Assembly (NCBI GenBank): GCA_965198065.1
Contig: CBDAON010000004.1
Coordinates: 800,001-864,000 of the forward strand
Direction: 5' to 3'
Source: Longimicrobiales bacterium
GTDB lineage: Bacteria > Gemmatimonadota > Gemmatimonadetes > Longimicrobiales > Gaopeijiaceae
Length of the DNA stretch: 64,000 nt
The translations under genes were made by a program, and so were the position numbers. The notes beneath the pieces were generated by a model. It was given only the letters and a program-made list of their open reading frames with translations. It made no database searches and was not told where the DNA came from. Positions 52,818 to 63,379 of this stretch are shown here, piece by piece; the stretch's first letter is position 1, and each line of letters begins with the position of its first letter.

Positions 52818-53548
52818 ATGACATCTCGTTGGGTTTCGCCTTCCTGGCGGGGCTCTTGTCCTTCCTCTCCCCGTGCGTGCTTCCGGTGGTACCGGGGTAC
52901 CTTTCCTATGTCACGGGTCTCACGATGGAGGAGTTGCGCGACGCGGATGCCGGCGCGGCTCGGCGGCAGGCAGCGTTTCACGGCGCCCTCTTCGTGCTGG
53001 GTTTCTCGGCCGTCTTCGTGGGGTTCGGCGCGACCGCGACGATCGTCGGCCGCGCCCTGTTCCAAGCCCTACCAATACTCCAGCAGGTCGGCGGCGTTCT
53101 AATCGTGGGCTTCGGGCTCGTCATGTTGGATCTGGTGCCCATCCCATCGTTCCTCCAGCGCGACTGGAGATTTCGAGTCGCTTCCCCACGCACCAGGGGG
53201 CTGGGTTCGGTGGCGGCGGGTGTGGCGTTCGGCGCCGGTTGGACACCCTGCATCGGGCCGATTCTCGCGTCGATCCTGCTGTATGCGGGGATGGAGACCA
53301 CGCCCGGACGAGGGATGACCCTCCTGTCGTTCTATGCCTTCGGACTCGGATTGCCTTTCTTCGCTGCGGCGGTGGGGCTCAACTGGTACCTCGCCGGGGT
53401 TTCGCGCCTGCGGCGCTGGGCAGGACCGCTCCAACGGACCGCCGGTGCGGTCCTGGTCCTGATCGGGATCCTCCTTGTAACCGGGAGGTTCTCTTCCCTC
53501 GCGGCCGAGCTGGCGCGCTACGGACAGCTCTTCTACCTGGAGATGTGA
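52814..53548 (+). CDS. ccdA: Cytochrome c biogenesis / thiol-disulfide transporter CcdA
   Basis: AGLLSFLSPCVLPVVPGY and GWTPCIGPILASIL. Confidence 0.93.
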   Translation: MNDISLGFAFLAGLLSFLSPCVLPVVPGYLSYVTGLTMEELRDADAGAARRQAAFHGALFVLGFSAVFVGFGATATIVGRALFQALPILQQVGGVLIVGFGLVMLDLVPIPSFLQRDWRFRVASPRTRGLGSVAAGVAFGAGWTPCIGPILASILLYAGMETTPGRGMTLLSFYAFGLGLPFFAAAVGLNWYLAGVSRLRRWAGPLQRTAGAVLVLIGILLVTGRFSSLAAELARYGQLFYLEM

Positions 53549-53549
53549 G

Positions 53550-54148
53550 ATGCGCGCTCGGATCGCTTCGGTAGCGACCTTCATCGCCTTCGGCTCCCTC
53601 AGTGCACAGGAGGTCGATCTGCGCGGGATGGGGCGCGACCGCGGTGACCCGAACGCGCCGGTGGTGGTCGTCGAGTTCGCCGACTTCGGGTGTCCCTCAT
53701 GCGCCGAATTTGCCACCGGATCGTGGACGACCATTGAGCGGGAATACGTGGATACAGGGAAGGTACTCTGGAAGCTCATGCCCTTCGCGGCCGGAGCATC
53801 CCGAACGGGCGGGAGGCCGCGCGCGCCGCGGAGTGCGCGGCCGAGCAGGGTGCGTTCTGGCCGATGCACGACGTTCTCTTCGCGGGACAACGAGCGTGGG
53901 GACGCTTGCGGGACCCAGGGCCCGAGTTCGCGTCGTACGCCGAAGCCCTGGGGTTGCAGAAAGCGGCGTTCGAGACCTGCTATCGGGAGGACGGCGGCGG
54001 GGATCGGACGGAACGAAACAACGACGCGGCCCGCGCGTTGCGTGTCCGGGGCACGCCGACGTTCTTCGTCGACGGAAGGCGGGTGGAGGGTGCCCCGCCC
54101 GTGGACGCGTTTCGCTCGGTGCTCGACGGGGCGTTGGGCGCGGGCTGA
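53550..54148 (+). CDS. DsbA/Thioredoxin_4-family protein, frameshifted near 53805
   Basis: GDPNAPVVVVEFADFGCPSC, then FWPMHDVLF and VRGTPTFFVDG. Confidence 0.85.
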
Positions 54149-54443
54149 GACTCTCGGGGATCGATCCGCCGGCTTCAACCCCCCATTCTGCCGGGTTTCA
54201 CCGGTCCTCGGGACACACTTGGGACGCACCCGACGGAGAGGGCGGAGCCCCAACCGTTACCGCTCCGGGGGGTTGTGAATCGAGTTTGCCAGCGTCAGGG
54301 GGGTTTGCCACCCCTTTTGTCACCGCGACGCTTTCGCCAGGGGACCGCCGACCGCCGCATCCGCGTAGCTCAGTTGAGTCCTGCGCATGAGCTCGGCTGC
54401 GAGGAGAGGGGGAAACGCCGGTGGATCGGCGTGGACACAGCGT

Positions 54444-54665
54444 TTACTGCTTGCAAGCTTGAACGTCAACATTGGCGAGTTCCAGAAACCTGCCAAATGC
54501 TTCTAGGCCCTCCTCGTATTCGCCGACCTCCAACAGCACCTGCGACAGATCAAGCCAGCCACCCCACCACTCTGGGGCCAAGGCTATGGTTTCGCGGCGT
54601 TGTTCGATCGCCTCGTCAATATGCCCAGCTACCCACAAGGCCCAACCCAGATTCGCAGAATTCAC
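54444..54665 (-). pseudogene. TPR-repeat gene fragment
   Basis: NLGWALWVAGHIDEAIEQRRETIALAPEW...LSQVLLEVGEYEEGLEAF, with no credible start or flanking domains. Confidence 0.55.
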
Positions 54666-54755
54666 CGGGGATCGGGCATACGGATTGCGGTAGAATATGC
54701 TTCGGTGCTAGTCTTCTGATCGGACCGACGCCCTGAACCCGATCCCGGAGGTCCT

Positions 54756-55850
54756 GTGGCAGGAGCCCATTCCCGACTCCTTCCTGCGCGCGCGCTCGTC
54801 CTTTCGCTTACGGCGCTAGCGGCCGCGGTGCTCGGAAACGTGTTGCTTCGCGGGCAAGACGGGGGGGGTCGAGCACCTGCCATGGCTCCTCGCCATGGTT
54901 CCGGCGTTTCTCCTGGCCTACCGTCGCGGCTGGTGGGGGGTGACGGTCGCGATCGCCATGGGGATGGGGGCCCTCGCCCTCTCACAGTCCGTGCTTCTGC
55001 TCGCGGGCGCGGACATCGTGCTCGATCTCATGCTCGGAGGGATCGTCGCGGCGTTCATCGGGGCGGCCCTCGGCGCAGGATGGTTGCGCGAGGCGCTGAA
55101 ACGTCGGTGGCTTCTGAGCGAGCGTCATTCCCGTGAGCTCTACATCCTCCTGGACGCCGGGGGGACCGTGCGTTGGGCCGCCCCATCGGTCGAGCGCATC
55201 CTCGGCAGGTTTCCTCCCGAAATCGAGGGGCGCCCGATCGCCGACCTGGCGTTCCCCGAAGACGCCCAACGGCTGGGTGACGTGCTCGCGGACGTGCTGA
55301 GCGACCCCTCGCAGACGGAGGTCTCGAATGCGCCTTCTGGCGCTCGGGCGGGGAGGCGCGCGTCATGGAGGTCGTCCTCCGAAACCACCTGGGGGATCCC
55401 ATGATCGAGGGAGTCATCCTGAACGGCTTGGACGTGACCGATCAGCGCACCGTGCAGGCCGAGCTCAGGCGTACGCTCGAGTGGCTGCGGGCGCTCGTGA
55501 ATGCTTCCTCTGACGCGATCTTCCTCACCGACGAGGAGTCCCGGATCTTGGTCGCCAACTCGGCGGCTTCGGACCTCACCGGCTACACACAGACGGAGCT
55601 TGCCGGGCTCGTCGGCATGGAGGTTCTCGAGCTCGACGGGGATCTACCGTGGCCGATTCACGCCGAACGGAAAGACTCGTCCGAGGGTGCGCGGCACACG
55701 GCCGCCCGGGGCGCGCTTCTTCGGAAGGACGGAACGAGGCAGGAGGCGGGAGTCGAGATCCGCTCGATCGACATGGGAGGAAACAGCTACTTTCACGCCA
55801 CGGCACGGCCATCCGCAGCCCCGAGGAGCATGGCAAGCACCTCGTCATGA
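54756..55850 (+). pseudogene. Membrane sensor with two PAS domains and no output domain (frameshifted remnant)
   Basis: WLLAMVPAFLLAYRRGW TM region; PAS-like WAAPSVERILG...PED and ALVNASSDAIF...ANSAASDLTGYT. No kinase, GGDEF or EAL domain follows. Confidence 0.6.
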
Positions 55851-56126
55851 AGAAAACGAGACGTTTAGCGGTCCTTAGGTAGGGATCGTCGACCCTGGCG
55901 CGGACACGGGGGAGTCGGGGAGCGACCCTCCCGTCGGCCGAAGGCGCTTGCCGCCCCCTGTCGGATGGCCCGCGACCTCCTTGAATTGGTCCGCGCCCTC
56001 GACGAGCGCGCTAAGAATCGGAATCAGGTGTGCGACGAGCGAGGGGTCGCTGAAACGGGCTCATGAGATACATTCTGGATGCAGTCGGAAGGAAAACCCT
56101 TCTCGCTAAACGACTGTAGGCCGCCT

Positions 56127-57227
56127 CTACACGTTGAAGCGGAAGAGGATGATGTCCCCGTCCTTCACGACGTAGTCCTTCCCCTCGGAGCGGATCATCC
56201 CCCTCTCTCGCGCCGCCTTCACCGAGCCCGTACGGACGAGAGCCTCATAGGCGAGCGTCTCGGCGCGGATGAACCCCCGCTCGAAGTCGGAGTGGATCTC
56301 GCCCGCGGCCTCCGGCGCCCGGGTGCCCCGTGGAACGGTGCAGGCCCGGGCCTCCTTCTCGTTCGCCGCAAAGAACGTGAGGAGCCCGAGAAGCTCGTAG
56401 GTAGCCCGGATCAGTCGGTGGAGCCCGGGCTCCTCAAGCCCTACGTGACCCAGGAACTCGGTCCGCTCGGAGGGATCCAGGTGCACGAGATCCGCCTCCA
56501 TCGCGGCCGCGAGACCCAGGACGGGAAACTCGGGCTCCTCGTTCCGAACGGCCGCCTCGACCCGCTCCACCCAGGGGTTCCGGGCCGCTGGCAGATCTCG
56601 CTCAGCGACGTTCGCCACGTGAAGGACCGGTTTCGCGGAAAGGAGCTGAAACGACCGGACGCGACGCGCTTCCCCCTCCATGAGCCGAATCCCCCGTACG
56701 GATCGCCCCTGCCCGAGGCGCTCCCGGAGTCGCTCCAGGAGCTCCCTCTCCCCCTGCGCTTCCTCCTCACCCGAACGGGCCCGCCTCGAGGCCTTCTCGA
56801 GGCGGCGCTCCACGGCCTCCAGGTCCGCGAGCCGGAGCTCCGTGTTCACGATGCTCCGGTCCCTAACCGGATCCACACCGCCCAGCACGTGAGCCACGTC
56901 CGGATCCTCGAAGCAGCGAAGGACGTGGACGATCGCGTCCGCCTCCCGGATGTTGGCCAGAAACTTGTTCCCGAGCCCCTCGCCCAGGGACGCCCCCTTC
57001 ACCAGCCCTGCGATGTCCACGAACTGGACGATGGCGGGAACCTGGGCCGGCGACTCGTAGGCCAGAGCGACCCGGGGGAGGCGGGGGTCGGGAACCTCGA
57101 CCACCCCGATGTTGGGCTCGACCGTGCAGAACGGGTAATTCTCGGACGGGGCGGCCTGCGAGGTGAGCGCGCTGAAGAGGCTCGACTTCCCCACGTTGGG
57201 GAGCCCGACGATCCCGGCCTTCAGCAC
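56127..57227 (-). CDS. ychF: Redox-regulated ATPase YchF
   Basis: [53 protein letters not shown] and FRFNV. Confidence 0.97.
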   Translation of the reverse strand: MLKAGIVGLPNVGKSSLFSALTSQAAPSENYPFCTVEPNIGVVEVPDPRLPRVALAYESPAQVPAIVQFVDIAGLVKGASLGEGLGNKFLANIREADAIVHVLRCFEDPDVAHVLGGVDPVRDRSIVNTELRLADLEAVERRLEKASRRARSGEEEAQGERELLERLRERLGQGRSVRGIRLMEGEARRVRSFQLLSAKPVLHVANVAERDLPAARNPWVERVEAAVRNEEPEFPVLGLAAAMEADLVHLDPSERTEFLGHVGLEEPGLHRLIRATYELLGLLTFFAANEKEARACTVPRGTRAPEAAGEIHSDFERGFIRAETLAYEALVRTGSVKAARERGMIRSEGKDYVVKDGDIILFRFNV

Positions 57228-57379
57228 TCTCTCGGACCCTCCCGGGACCTTGCGGCGGACGGTCGATGGGTCGACCTTTTTGCCATTCGAGAAGACCGGG
57301 CCGCCCTCGGCCCCGTCCCCACCCACCGGGGCCGGCCGTTCGTTACAGGTCCGCGACAGGCGGTCCCGATAGAGATCAC

Positions 57380-58468
57380 ATGGACTTTTCCTTTGCTGGG
57401 CAGCCCGGGGCCGTGGAGCTCGGCTGGTTCACGAAGGGGCTTCGCGAGGTCATGAGCCGGCGGGGTCACACCTACGTCGAGGACCCGGACGCGGCCTCGC
57501 TCGTCGTGAATTGCTTCCATCGGGACGATCCCCGTACCTTCCGGCGCCGCGGGCAAGCCGTGTTCGTGGTCTCTCTCACCGAGCTGGCACCCGGAGAGCG
57601 GACGATCCGGGAGGCGGTTCCCGAAGGGTACCCCCTGCTCGTCCGCTCGCTCGCGAACCTGCTGATCGGGGTGACGGGGCCCGAGGCGTCGCACCCGGAC
57701 GCGCACTTCATCACGCCCGAACAGGGGCACTATCGGGTGCAGGGAAACTCGGATCGCGGCGACTTCTTCGAAGACGTCTACCAGAGGATCGAGCCCCTCG
57801 CAAGCTCCCGCCTCGTCATCGACAACGTCTTCGAGCCCGACCTGCCTCGGGAGCTCTGGGAGGGAGACGAGATCACGCGGTCGATCGGGCGGGCCGGCAA
57901 GCGCCTGGACGCGCTGGACGTTCTCCCGGCTCCCTTCCGCATGGAGATTCTCTCCGAGCGGGACCGCCGCCACCTGAAGCGCCTCTACGGGCTCGGGGGG
58001 CTCTCTTATGGGAACATCTCCGCCCGGTACGACGAGACACGCTTCTGGATGAGCGCGTCGGGCGTGGACAAGGCCAACCTCACCGAGGTCGGTCGAGACA
58101 TCCTCATGGTGAAGGACTACGATCCGGTAAGGGGGGCCATGATCCTGTCGGTCCCCGAGGGGATCGATCCACGCCGGGTCAGCGTGGACGCGATCGAGCA
58201 CTGGATGATCTACCGGGAGCACCCGAGCGTGGGCGCGATCCTCCACGTCCACGCGTGGATGGAAGGGGTGCCCTCGACGGTGGTCAACTATCCATGTGGG
58301 ACGTACGAACTCGGAGGCGCCGTGGCCGAGATCGTGCGCGATCACCCCGACCCCGCGAGCGCCGTCGTGGGACTGAGGAACCACGGGCTCACGATCACGG
58401 GTGTCTCTCTGGACGAGATCTTCGACCGCATCGAGGGCCGGCTCCTGAAGGTCGTCCCCATGTCCTGA
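57380..58468 (+). CDS. Class II aldolase/adducin-family protein with an N-terminal extension
   Basis: YGNISAR, SASG, SVDAIEHWMIY, ILHVH and LRNHG. Confidence 0.85.
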   Translation: MDFSFAGQPGAVELGWFTKGLREVMSRRGHTYVEDPDAASLVVNCFHRDDPRTFRRRGQAVFVVSLTELAPGERTIREAVPEGYPLLVRSLANLLIGVTGPEASHPDAHFITPEQGHYRVQGNSDRGDFFEDVYQRIEPLASSRLVIDNVFEPDLPRELWEGDEITRSIGRAGKRLDALDVLPAPFRMEILSERDRRHLKRLYGLGGLSYGNISARYDETRFWMSASGVDKANLTEVGRDILMVKDYDPVRGAMILSVPEGIDPRRVSVDAIEHWMIYREHPSVGAILHVHAWMEGVPSTVVNYPCGTYELGGAVAEIVRDHPDPASAVVGLRNHGLTITGVSLDEIFDRIEGRLLKVVPMS

Positions 58469-58561
58469 CGGAGCGGCGGGGCGCTCGCCGGCTCGAGATC
58501 CTCCGTGATCCGCGGTCGCTTCCCCCGCGATCTCCCCAGCTCCCGGCCGTCCCTCCCCCGG

Positions 58562-60685
58562 TCAACCGAACAGTCGAGACAGGAAACCGAGCACGGTCTC
58601 GAGCGCCGTGCCCGGCCCCGTCTGGAGGCCGTGGATCCGGACGAACCACGGCGCCAGCACGAGCGACACCACGCTCATCAGCTTGACAAGGATGTTCAGA
58701 GACGGTCCCGACGTGTCCTTGAACGGGTCCCCCACCGTATCCCCGACCACGGCGGCCTTGTGAGGCGCTGAGCCTTTCCCGCCGTACTCGCCGCCCTCGA
58801 TCAGCTTCTTCGCATTGTCCCAGGCCCCCCCCGCGTTGGCCATGAAGAGGGCCATGAGCACGCCCGTGACGAGAGCACCCGCAAGGAGGCCGCCGAGGGC
58901 CTGGACCCCCAGGATCCAGCCCACGAGGAAGGGAGCGAGCACGGCCAGGACCCCCGGGACGATCATCTCCCGAAGCGCGGCTCGGGTCGAGATGTCCACG
59001 CAGCGCGCGGAGTCCGGCTTCCCGGTGCCGTCCATGATGCCCGGGATCTCCCTGAACTGTCGGCGCACCTCCTCGACCATGCCTCCGGCGGCCCTCCCCA
59101 CAGCGGTCATCGTGAGAGCGGCAACCACGAACGGGAGCGTTCCCCCGAGGAAGAGCCCGATCACGACTATGGGGTCGATGATGTCGATCCCGGACTCGCT
59201 GAGGCCCACGCTGCTCGCGTACGCGGAGAAGAGGGCGAGCGCCGTGAGCGCGGCGGAGCCGATGGCGAACCCCTTCCCGATCGCCGCGGTGGTATTCCCG
59301 ATCGAGTCCAGGGAGTCCGTGATCTTCCGCGTCTCCGGGCCGAGGCCGCTCATCTCGGAGATCCCGCCCGCGTTGTCCGCGATCGGGCCGTACGCGTCCA
59401 CGGACATCGTGACCCCCACCGTCGCGAGCATGCCGACTGCGGCGATCCCGATTCCGTAGAGCCCGGCGACCTGGAACGACACGTAAATGGCCACGCAGAT
59501 GAGAACGACGGGCACCGCGGTCGAGTGCATCCCGAGGGCGAGTCCCGAGATGATGTTCGTCGCAGACCCGGTCTCGCTCGCGTCCGCAATCGTACGGATC
59601 GGGTTTCCGGCGGTATACCACTCGGTGACGAGCCCGATCGCGATCCCCACGAGGGTCCCCGACAGGATAGCCCAAAACGGGCCACTCGCCGGATAGGGGG
59701 CTCCCGTCTCGACGCTCGTTATGCGGATCCCCATGGACTGGACCACGAAGTACATGACGACAAGGAAGAGCCCGGCCGCGATGAACGTCACGTTTCGGAG
59801 CGCGGCTGCGGGATCCGTGTTTTCGAGCACCCTCATCATGCCGATTCCCACCAGCGAGGCGAGAAGCCCAACCATCACGGTCACGATCGGAAGCGCGACC
59901 GCCTCGACGGAGCTCGCTGCGACGGCGGCCGATGTCGCCCCGATCGCGATCGTCGCCACGACAGACCCCACGTAGGACTCGAAGATGTCCGCGCCCATCC
60001 CCGCCACGTCGCCGACGTTGTCCCCCACGTTGTCGGCGATCGTAGCGGGGTTCCGGGGATCGTCCTCCGGGATCCCGGCCTCCACCTTGCCGACCAGGTC
60101 CGCACCCACGTCTGCCGCCTTCGTGAAGATGCCCCCGCCCACGCGGGCGAAGAGGGCGATGGACGAGGCTCCCATCGCGTATCCCGAAATGACCCCCGCG
60201 AAGCCGGGCAGCTCGGACCCAGGTTCCCCGGCCGCCATCAGGAGGTAGAGGAGCCCGATGCCGAGGAGACCCAGGGACGCCACCGAGAGCCCCATGACCG
60301 AGGCGCCGTAGAACGAGACGCGGAGCGCCTTGCGCTGCCCCTCCTGCGCCGCGGCGTTGGAGGTGCGGACGTTCGCGCGCGTGGCCGCTTCCATGCCCAG
60401 GAACCCCGCGAGGGCCGAGGTGATGGCTCCGGCCACGTACGCGCCAGCCGTGCCGACCCCTACGCCCCACGAGAGGAGCGCCGCCACGACGATCACGAAG
60501 CCGACGATCATCGTGTATTCGCGCCGGAGGAAGGCCATCGCGCCCGAGTGGATCTGGTCGGCGAGCTCGATCATCTGCTCCGTTCCGGCCGGCTGGCGCT
60601 TCACGTACAGGAATATGCCTAACGCCGCGCCCAGCCCCAGCGCTCCCAGAATCCAGGCCCCTGCGGTAAGGCTCACAAAGTCCAT
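58562..60685 (-). CDS. hppA: K+-dependent, probably Na+-translocating membrane pyrophosphatase
   Basis: [26 protein letters not shown] (Ala = K+-dependent) and DIFESY. Confidence 0.95.
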   Translation of the reverse strand: MDFVSLTAGAWILGALGLGAALGIFLYVKRQPAGTEQMIELADQIHSGAMAFLRREYTMIVGFVIVVAALLSWGVGVGTAGAYVAGAITSALAGFLGMEAATRANVRTSNAAAQEGQRKALRVSFYGASVMGLSVASLGLLGIGLLYLLMAAGEPGSELPGFAGVISGYAMGASSIALFARVGGGIFTKAADVGADLVGKVEAGIPEDDPRNPATIADNVGDNVGDVAGMGADIFESYVGSVVATIAIGATSAAVAASSVEAVALPIVTVMVGLLASLVGIGMMRVLENTDPAAALRNVTFIAAGLFLVVMYFVVQSMGIRITSVETGAPYPASGPFWAILSGTLVGIAIGLVTEWYTAGNPIRTIADASETGSATNIISGLALGMHSTAVPVVLICVAIYVSFQVAGLYGIGIAAVGMLATVGVTMSVDAYGPIADNAGGISEMSGLGPETRKITDSLDSIGNTTAAIGKGFAIGSAALTALALFSAYASSVGLSESGIDIIDPIVVIGLFLGGTLPFVVAALTMTAVGRAAGGMVEEVRRQFREIPGIMDGTGKPDSARCVDISTRAALREMIVPGVLAVLAPFLVGWILGVQALGGLLAGALVTGVLMALFMANAGGAWDNAKKLIEGGEYGGKGSAPHKAAVVGDTVGDPFKDTSGPSLNILVKLMSVVSLVLAPWFVRIHGLQTGPGTALETVLGFLSRLFG

Positions 60686-60731
60686 GCGTGCGATCTCTCC
60701 CTAGAAGTAGACTGGTCCGAAACGGACGGCC

Positions 60732-61295
60732 TCATCGGTTGTAGCGGTTCATGGCGGGCTCGACCCCCTCCGAAACCCACACGCCCACGGCCTCGGCGAG
60801 CTCCAGCAGGAGCCCCACCACGCGGTCCTCGTCCTCCCTCGGCATGGGGGAAAGCACCCACCTCACCAGATCCTCGCCGGGCGGGGCCCGCCCCACGCCC
60901 ACCCTCAGCCTCGCGAACTCGCCCGAGCCCACCACGGAGGCCACTGACCGAAGCCCGTTGTGGCCCCCATCGCTCCCCCGGGGACGAAGCCTCACGCGTC
61001 CCACGTCGAGCGCCGCGTCGTCCACCACGACGAGGAGGTCGCTCGATGGGTCGATCCCCTCCCCGGAGAGGACCGGCAAGAGGGCCGGGCCACTCCGGTT
61101 CACGTAGCTGACAGGCTTCGTCAGGACGACCCTCTCTCCCCCGCGCAGGCCCTCCACCACGAGAAGGGATCCCTCCCGCGCGAACGGCCCGAACCCCCAG
61201 TCGTGGCACACGCGATCGAGCACCCACCACCCCACGTTGTGCCGCGTCGCGTCGTATTCCGCGCCCGGGTTTCCCAGCCCCGCAACGATCTTCAC
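60732..61295 (-). CDS. pth: Peptidyl-tRNA hydrolase
   Basis: GLGNPG..Y..TRHNVG, GGHNGL and RLRVGVG. Confidence 0.96.
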   Translation of the reverse strand: MKIVAGLGNPGAEYDATRHNVGWWVLDRVCHDWGFGPFAREGSLLVVEGLRGGERVVLTKPVSYVNRSGPALLPVLSGEGIDPSSDLLVVVDDAALDVGRVRLRPRGSDGGHNGLRSVASVVGSGEFARLRVGVGRAPPGEDLVRWVLSPMPREDEDRVVGLLLELAEAVGVWVSEGVEPAMNRYNR

Positions 61296-61328
61296 CGGAG
61301 ATACGGGTCCGAGGGCGCCCCGGCCTCC

Positions 61329-62030
61329 TCAGTCGCCCCCGCCCTCTTCCTTCACCTTCTCCGTCTCCGTCTCCTTGTTCACCTCGCCCGGAGCCTCGCC
61401 CTCGGCCTCGCCCACGAGCGCCGGATCCGTGGGCTCCTCCGGCTCCTCCTCCACTACGGCCAGCACGGTCGGCTGCTGCACCGAGCAAACGATGTGTCGT
61501 CCATCCAGCATCGCCGTGACCCCTTCGGGAAGGGTGAGTTCGGACACGTGAACGGTGTCCCCGATCTCGAGCTCGCTCACATCCACCAGGATCTCCTCCG
61601 GAATCCGGTCAGGAACGCAGCGGATCGGGAGGCCGTGCATCGGCTGATCGATGACCCCACCGTCGTCCCGCACTCCCTTGGCCGACCCCGTGAGGTGGAC
61701 GGGAACGTCCAGCTCGACCTCCACTCCACTCCGGATCCGGAGGAAATCGACGTGCAGGATCTCGGGCCGGTAGGGGTGCGTCTGGATCTCCCGGACCAGG
61801 GTCGGGAGGGCCGTCTTCTTTCCCTCGACCTCGAGGTTAACGATCGTGTTCTCGACCGAGATCGAGTGGAAGAGGAGCTTCGCCTCGTGGGTGTTTAGGA
61901 CTAGCGAGATCGGGGCCATCTCGGCGCCGTACACCACGGCTGGTAGCTTCCCCTCGGCTCTGAGCTTGCGGGCCCGTCCTTTTCCATGACCCTCACGGAG
62001 CCCCGCCTTGAGCGTCACCTGCGTAGCCAT
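61329..62030 (-). CDS. rplY: 50S ribosomal protein L25/Ctc
   Basis: RKLRAEGKLPAVVYG, HVDF and a long Ctc-type C-terminus. Confidence 0.96.
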   Translation of the reverse strand: MATQVTLKAGLREGHGKGRARKLRAEGKLPAVVYGAEMAPISLVLNTHEAKLLFHSISVENTIVNLEVEGKKTALPTLVREIQTHPYRPEILHVDFLRIRSGVEVELDVPVHLTGSAKGVRDDGGVIDQPMHGLPIRCVPDRIPEEILVDVSELEIGDTVHVSELTLPEGVTAMLDGRHIVCSVQQPTVLAVVEEEPEEPTDPALVGEAEGEAPGEVNKETETEKVKEEGGGD

Positions 62031-62052
62031 CGTCCCACCTTCAGTTGAAGGG

Positions 62053-63021
62053 TCATGCTTGCGACCTGTCCAGCTCGAAGAGCTGGCTCACGGACTCGTT
62101 CGAGTGGATGTACTGGATCGCGCTCGCGAGTAACCCCGCGACGGAGAGGACCACCAGCCGGTCGAACTTCCTCTCGTCGGGAATCTGAATCGTGTTGGTG
62201 ACGACCAGCTCCTTGAGCGGCGTCTTCTCCAGCTTCTCCCGCGCGTTCCCCGACAGGAGAGCGTGGGTGGCGCACGCGAATACGGCAGCCGCCCCCCGGT
62301 CGTGGAGCGCCTGTACGGCCGAGGCCATCGTCCCCGCGGTGTCGACCATGTCGTCCGTGATAAGGCAGCTCCGGTCCTCGACCTCGCCGACCACCGCGAG
62401 TATCTCGGCCTGGTTCGGAGCGGGGCGGCGCTTGTCGATGATCGCGAAGGTGGCTCCGAGGCGGCGCGCGAAGCCCCGGGCCATCTTGGCCGACCCCACG
62501 TCTGGTGCCACGACCACGAGGTCCGCTAGCTGTCGTTTCTTGAAGTACTTGGTCAGAACGGGAGCCGCGTAAAGATGATCCACGGGGATGTCGAAGAATC
62601 CCTGGATCTGGTGCTGGTGGAAGTCTATCCCGAGCACCCGGTCGGCACCGGCCGTTACCAGCACGTTCGCCGCAAGCTTGGCCCCGATCGCCACGCGAGG
62701 CTGGTCCTTTCGATCCTGCCGTCCGTATCCGAAGTACGGGATCACGGCCGTCACACGGGCCGCGGAGGCCCGCTTGGCCGCATCGATCAGGAGCAGAAGC
62801 TCCATGATGTTGTCGGACGGGGAGATCGTCGGCTGGAGAATGAAGACGTCCCGTCCACGCGCGTTCCGGTCGATCCGGACGAAGATTTCGCCGTCCGCGA
62901 AATCGCGGATCTCTGCCCCATCCATCGACTGGTCGAGGATCTCCCCGACCTCCTGCGCGAGCAGCCGATTCGCCCGCCCGGACAGGAGGAGCAGGGGCCC
63001 GCGTCCGACCGTCTCTTCCAT
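62053..63021 (-). CDS. prs: Ribose-phosphate pyrophosphokinase
   Basis: FADGE, PYFGYGRQDRK, HQIQGFFD and DDMVDTAGT. Confidence 0.97.
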   Translation of the reverse strand: MEETVGRGPLLLLSGRANRLLAQEVGEILDQSMDGAEIRDFADGEIFVRIDRNARGRDVFILQPTISPSDNIMELLLLIDAAKRASAARVTAVIPYFGYGRQDRKDQPRVAIGAKLAANVLVTAGADRVLGIDFHQHQIQGFFDIPVDHLYAAPVLTKYFKKRQLADLVVVAPDVGSAKMARGFARRLGATFAIIDKRRPAPNQAEILAVVGEVEDRSCLITDDMVDTAGTMASAVQALHDRGAAAVFACATHALLSGNAREKLEKTPLKELVVTNTIQIPDERKFDRLVVLSVAGLLASAIQYIHSNESVSQLFELDRSQA

Positions 63022-63211
63022 GGGCGCCTTGGCGAGTCGCGGACGATGTGGAGGGAGCCGTGGTGGGGGCCTCACGGCCCGGCTGGCGGGACGGTGGTCC
63101 CGTGGCCTAGCCGGGCGCTTGGCCCAGGGCGACTACAGCCAGAAAAACTAGACCGGGCGCCAAAGCGCGTCAACGGACGGCAGACGCCGTGAGAGGTGGG
63201 AAAACGGGAGT

Positions 63212-63251
63212 TGGCCCGGGTGGATTCGAACCACCACCGCCGGTTCCAAAG
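63212..63251 (-). repeat. 3' half of tRNA-Gln(TTG): att-site remnant of an integrative element
   Basis: Minus strand reads CTTTGGA-ACCGGC-GGT-GGTGGTTCGAATCCACC-CGGGCCA (anticodon loop, T arm, 3' acceptor strand). No D arm or 5' acceptor strand lies upstream. Confidence 0.75.
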
Positions 63252-63379
63252 GTCGTTCCGGGCTTTCCGGCACTGTCCGGGGAGGAGGCGTAAGTGGGTC
63301 CCATAGAGAGACTCGCCCCCTCGCAAGCAGGGTACAGTCGTAGAACGTCGGCGGCCTATCGATCCTTCTTCGGTCGTTC

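Larger units (their letters stand above)
49048..56142. mobile_element. Decayed genomic island inserted at the 3' end of ychF
   Basis: Direct repeat ACGTTGAAGCGG at 49052-49063 and 56131-56142, each reading R-F-N-V-stop on the minus strand. The interior is pseudogene-rich and looks less GC-rich by eye; no integrase was found. Confidence 0.7.

Noticed and set aside
54362..54377. GCGTAGCTCAGTTG resembling a tRNA 5'/D-arm
   Set aside because: No anticodon arm or T arm follows; too short to distinguish from chance.
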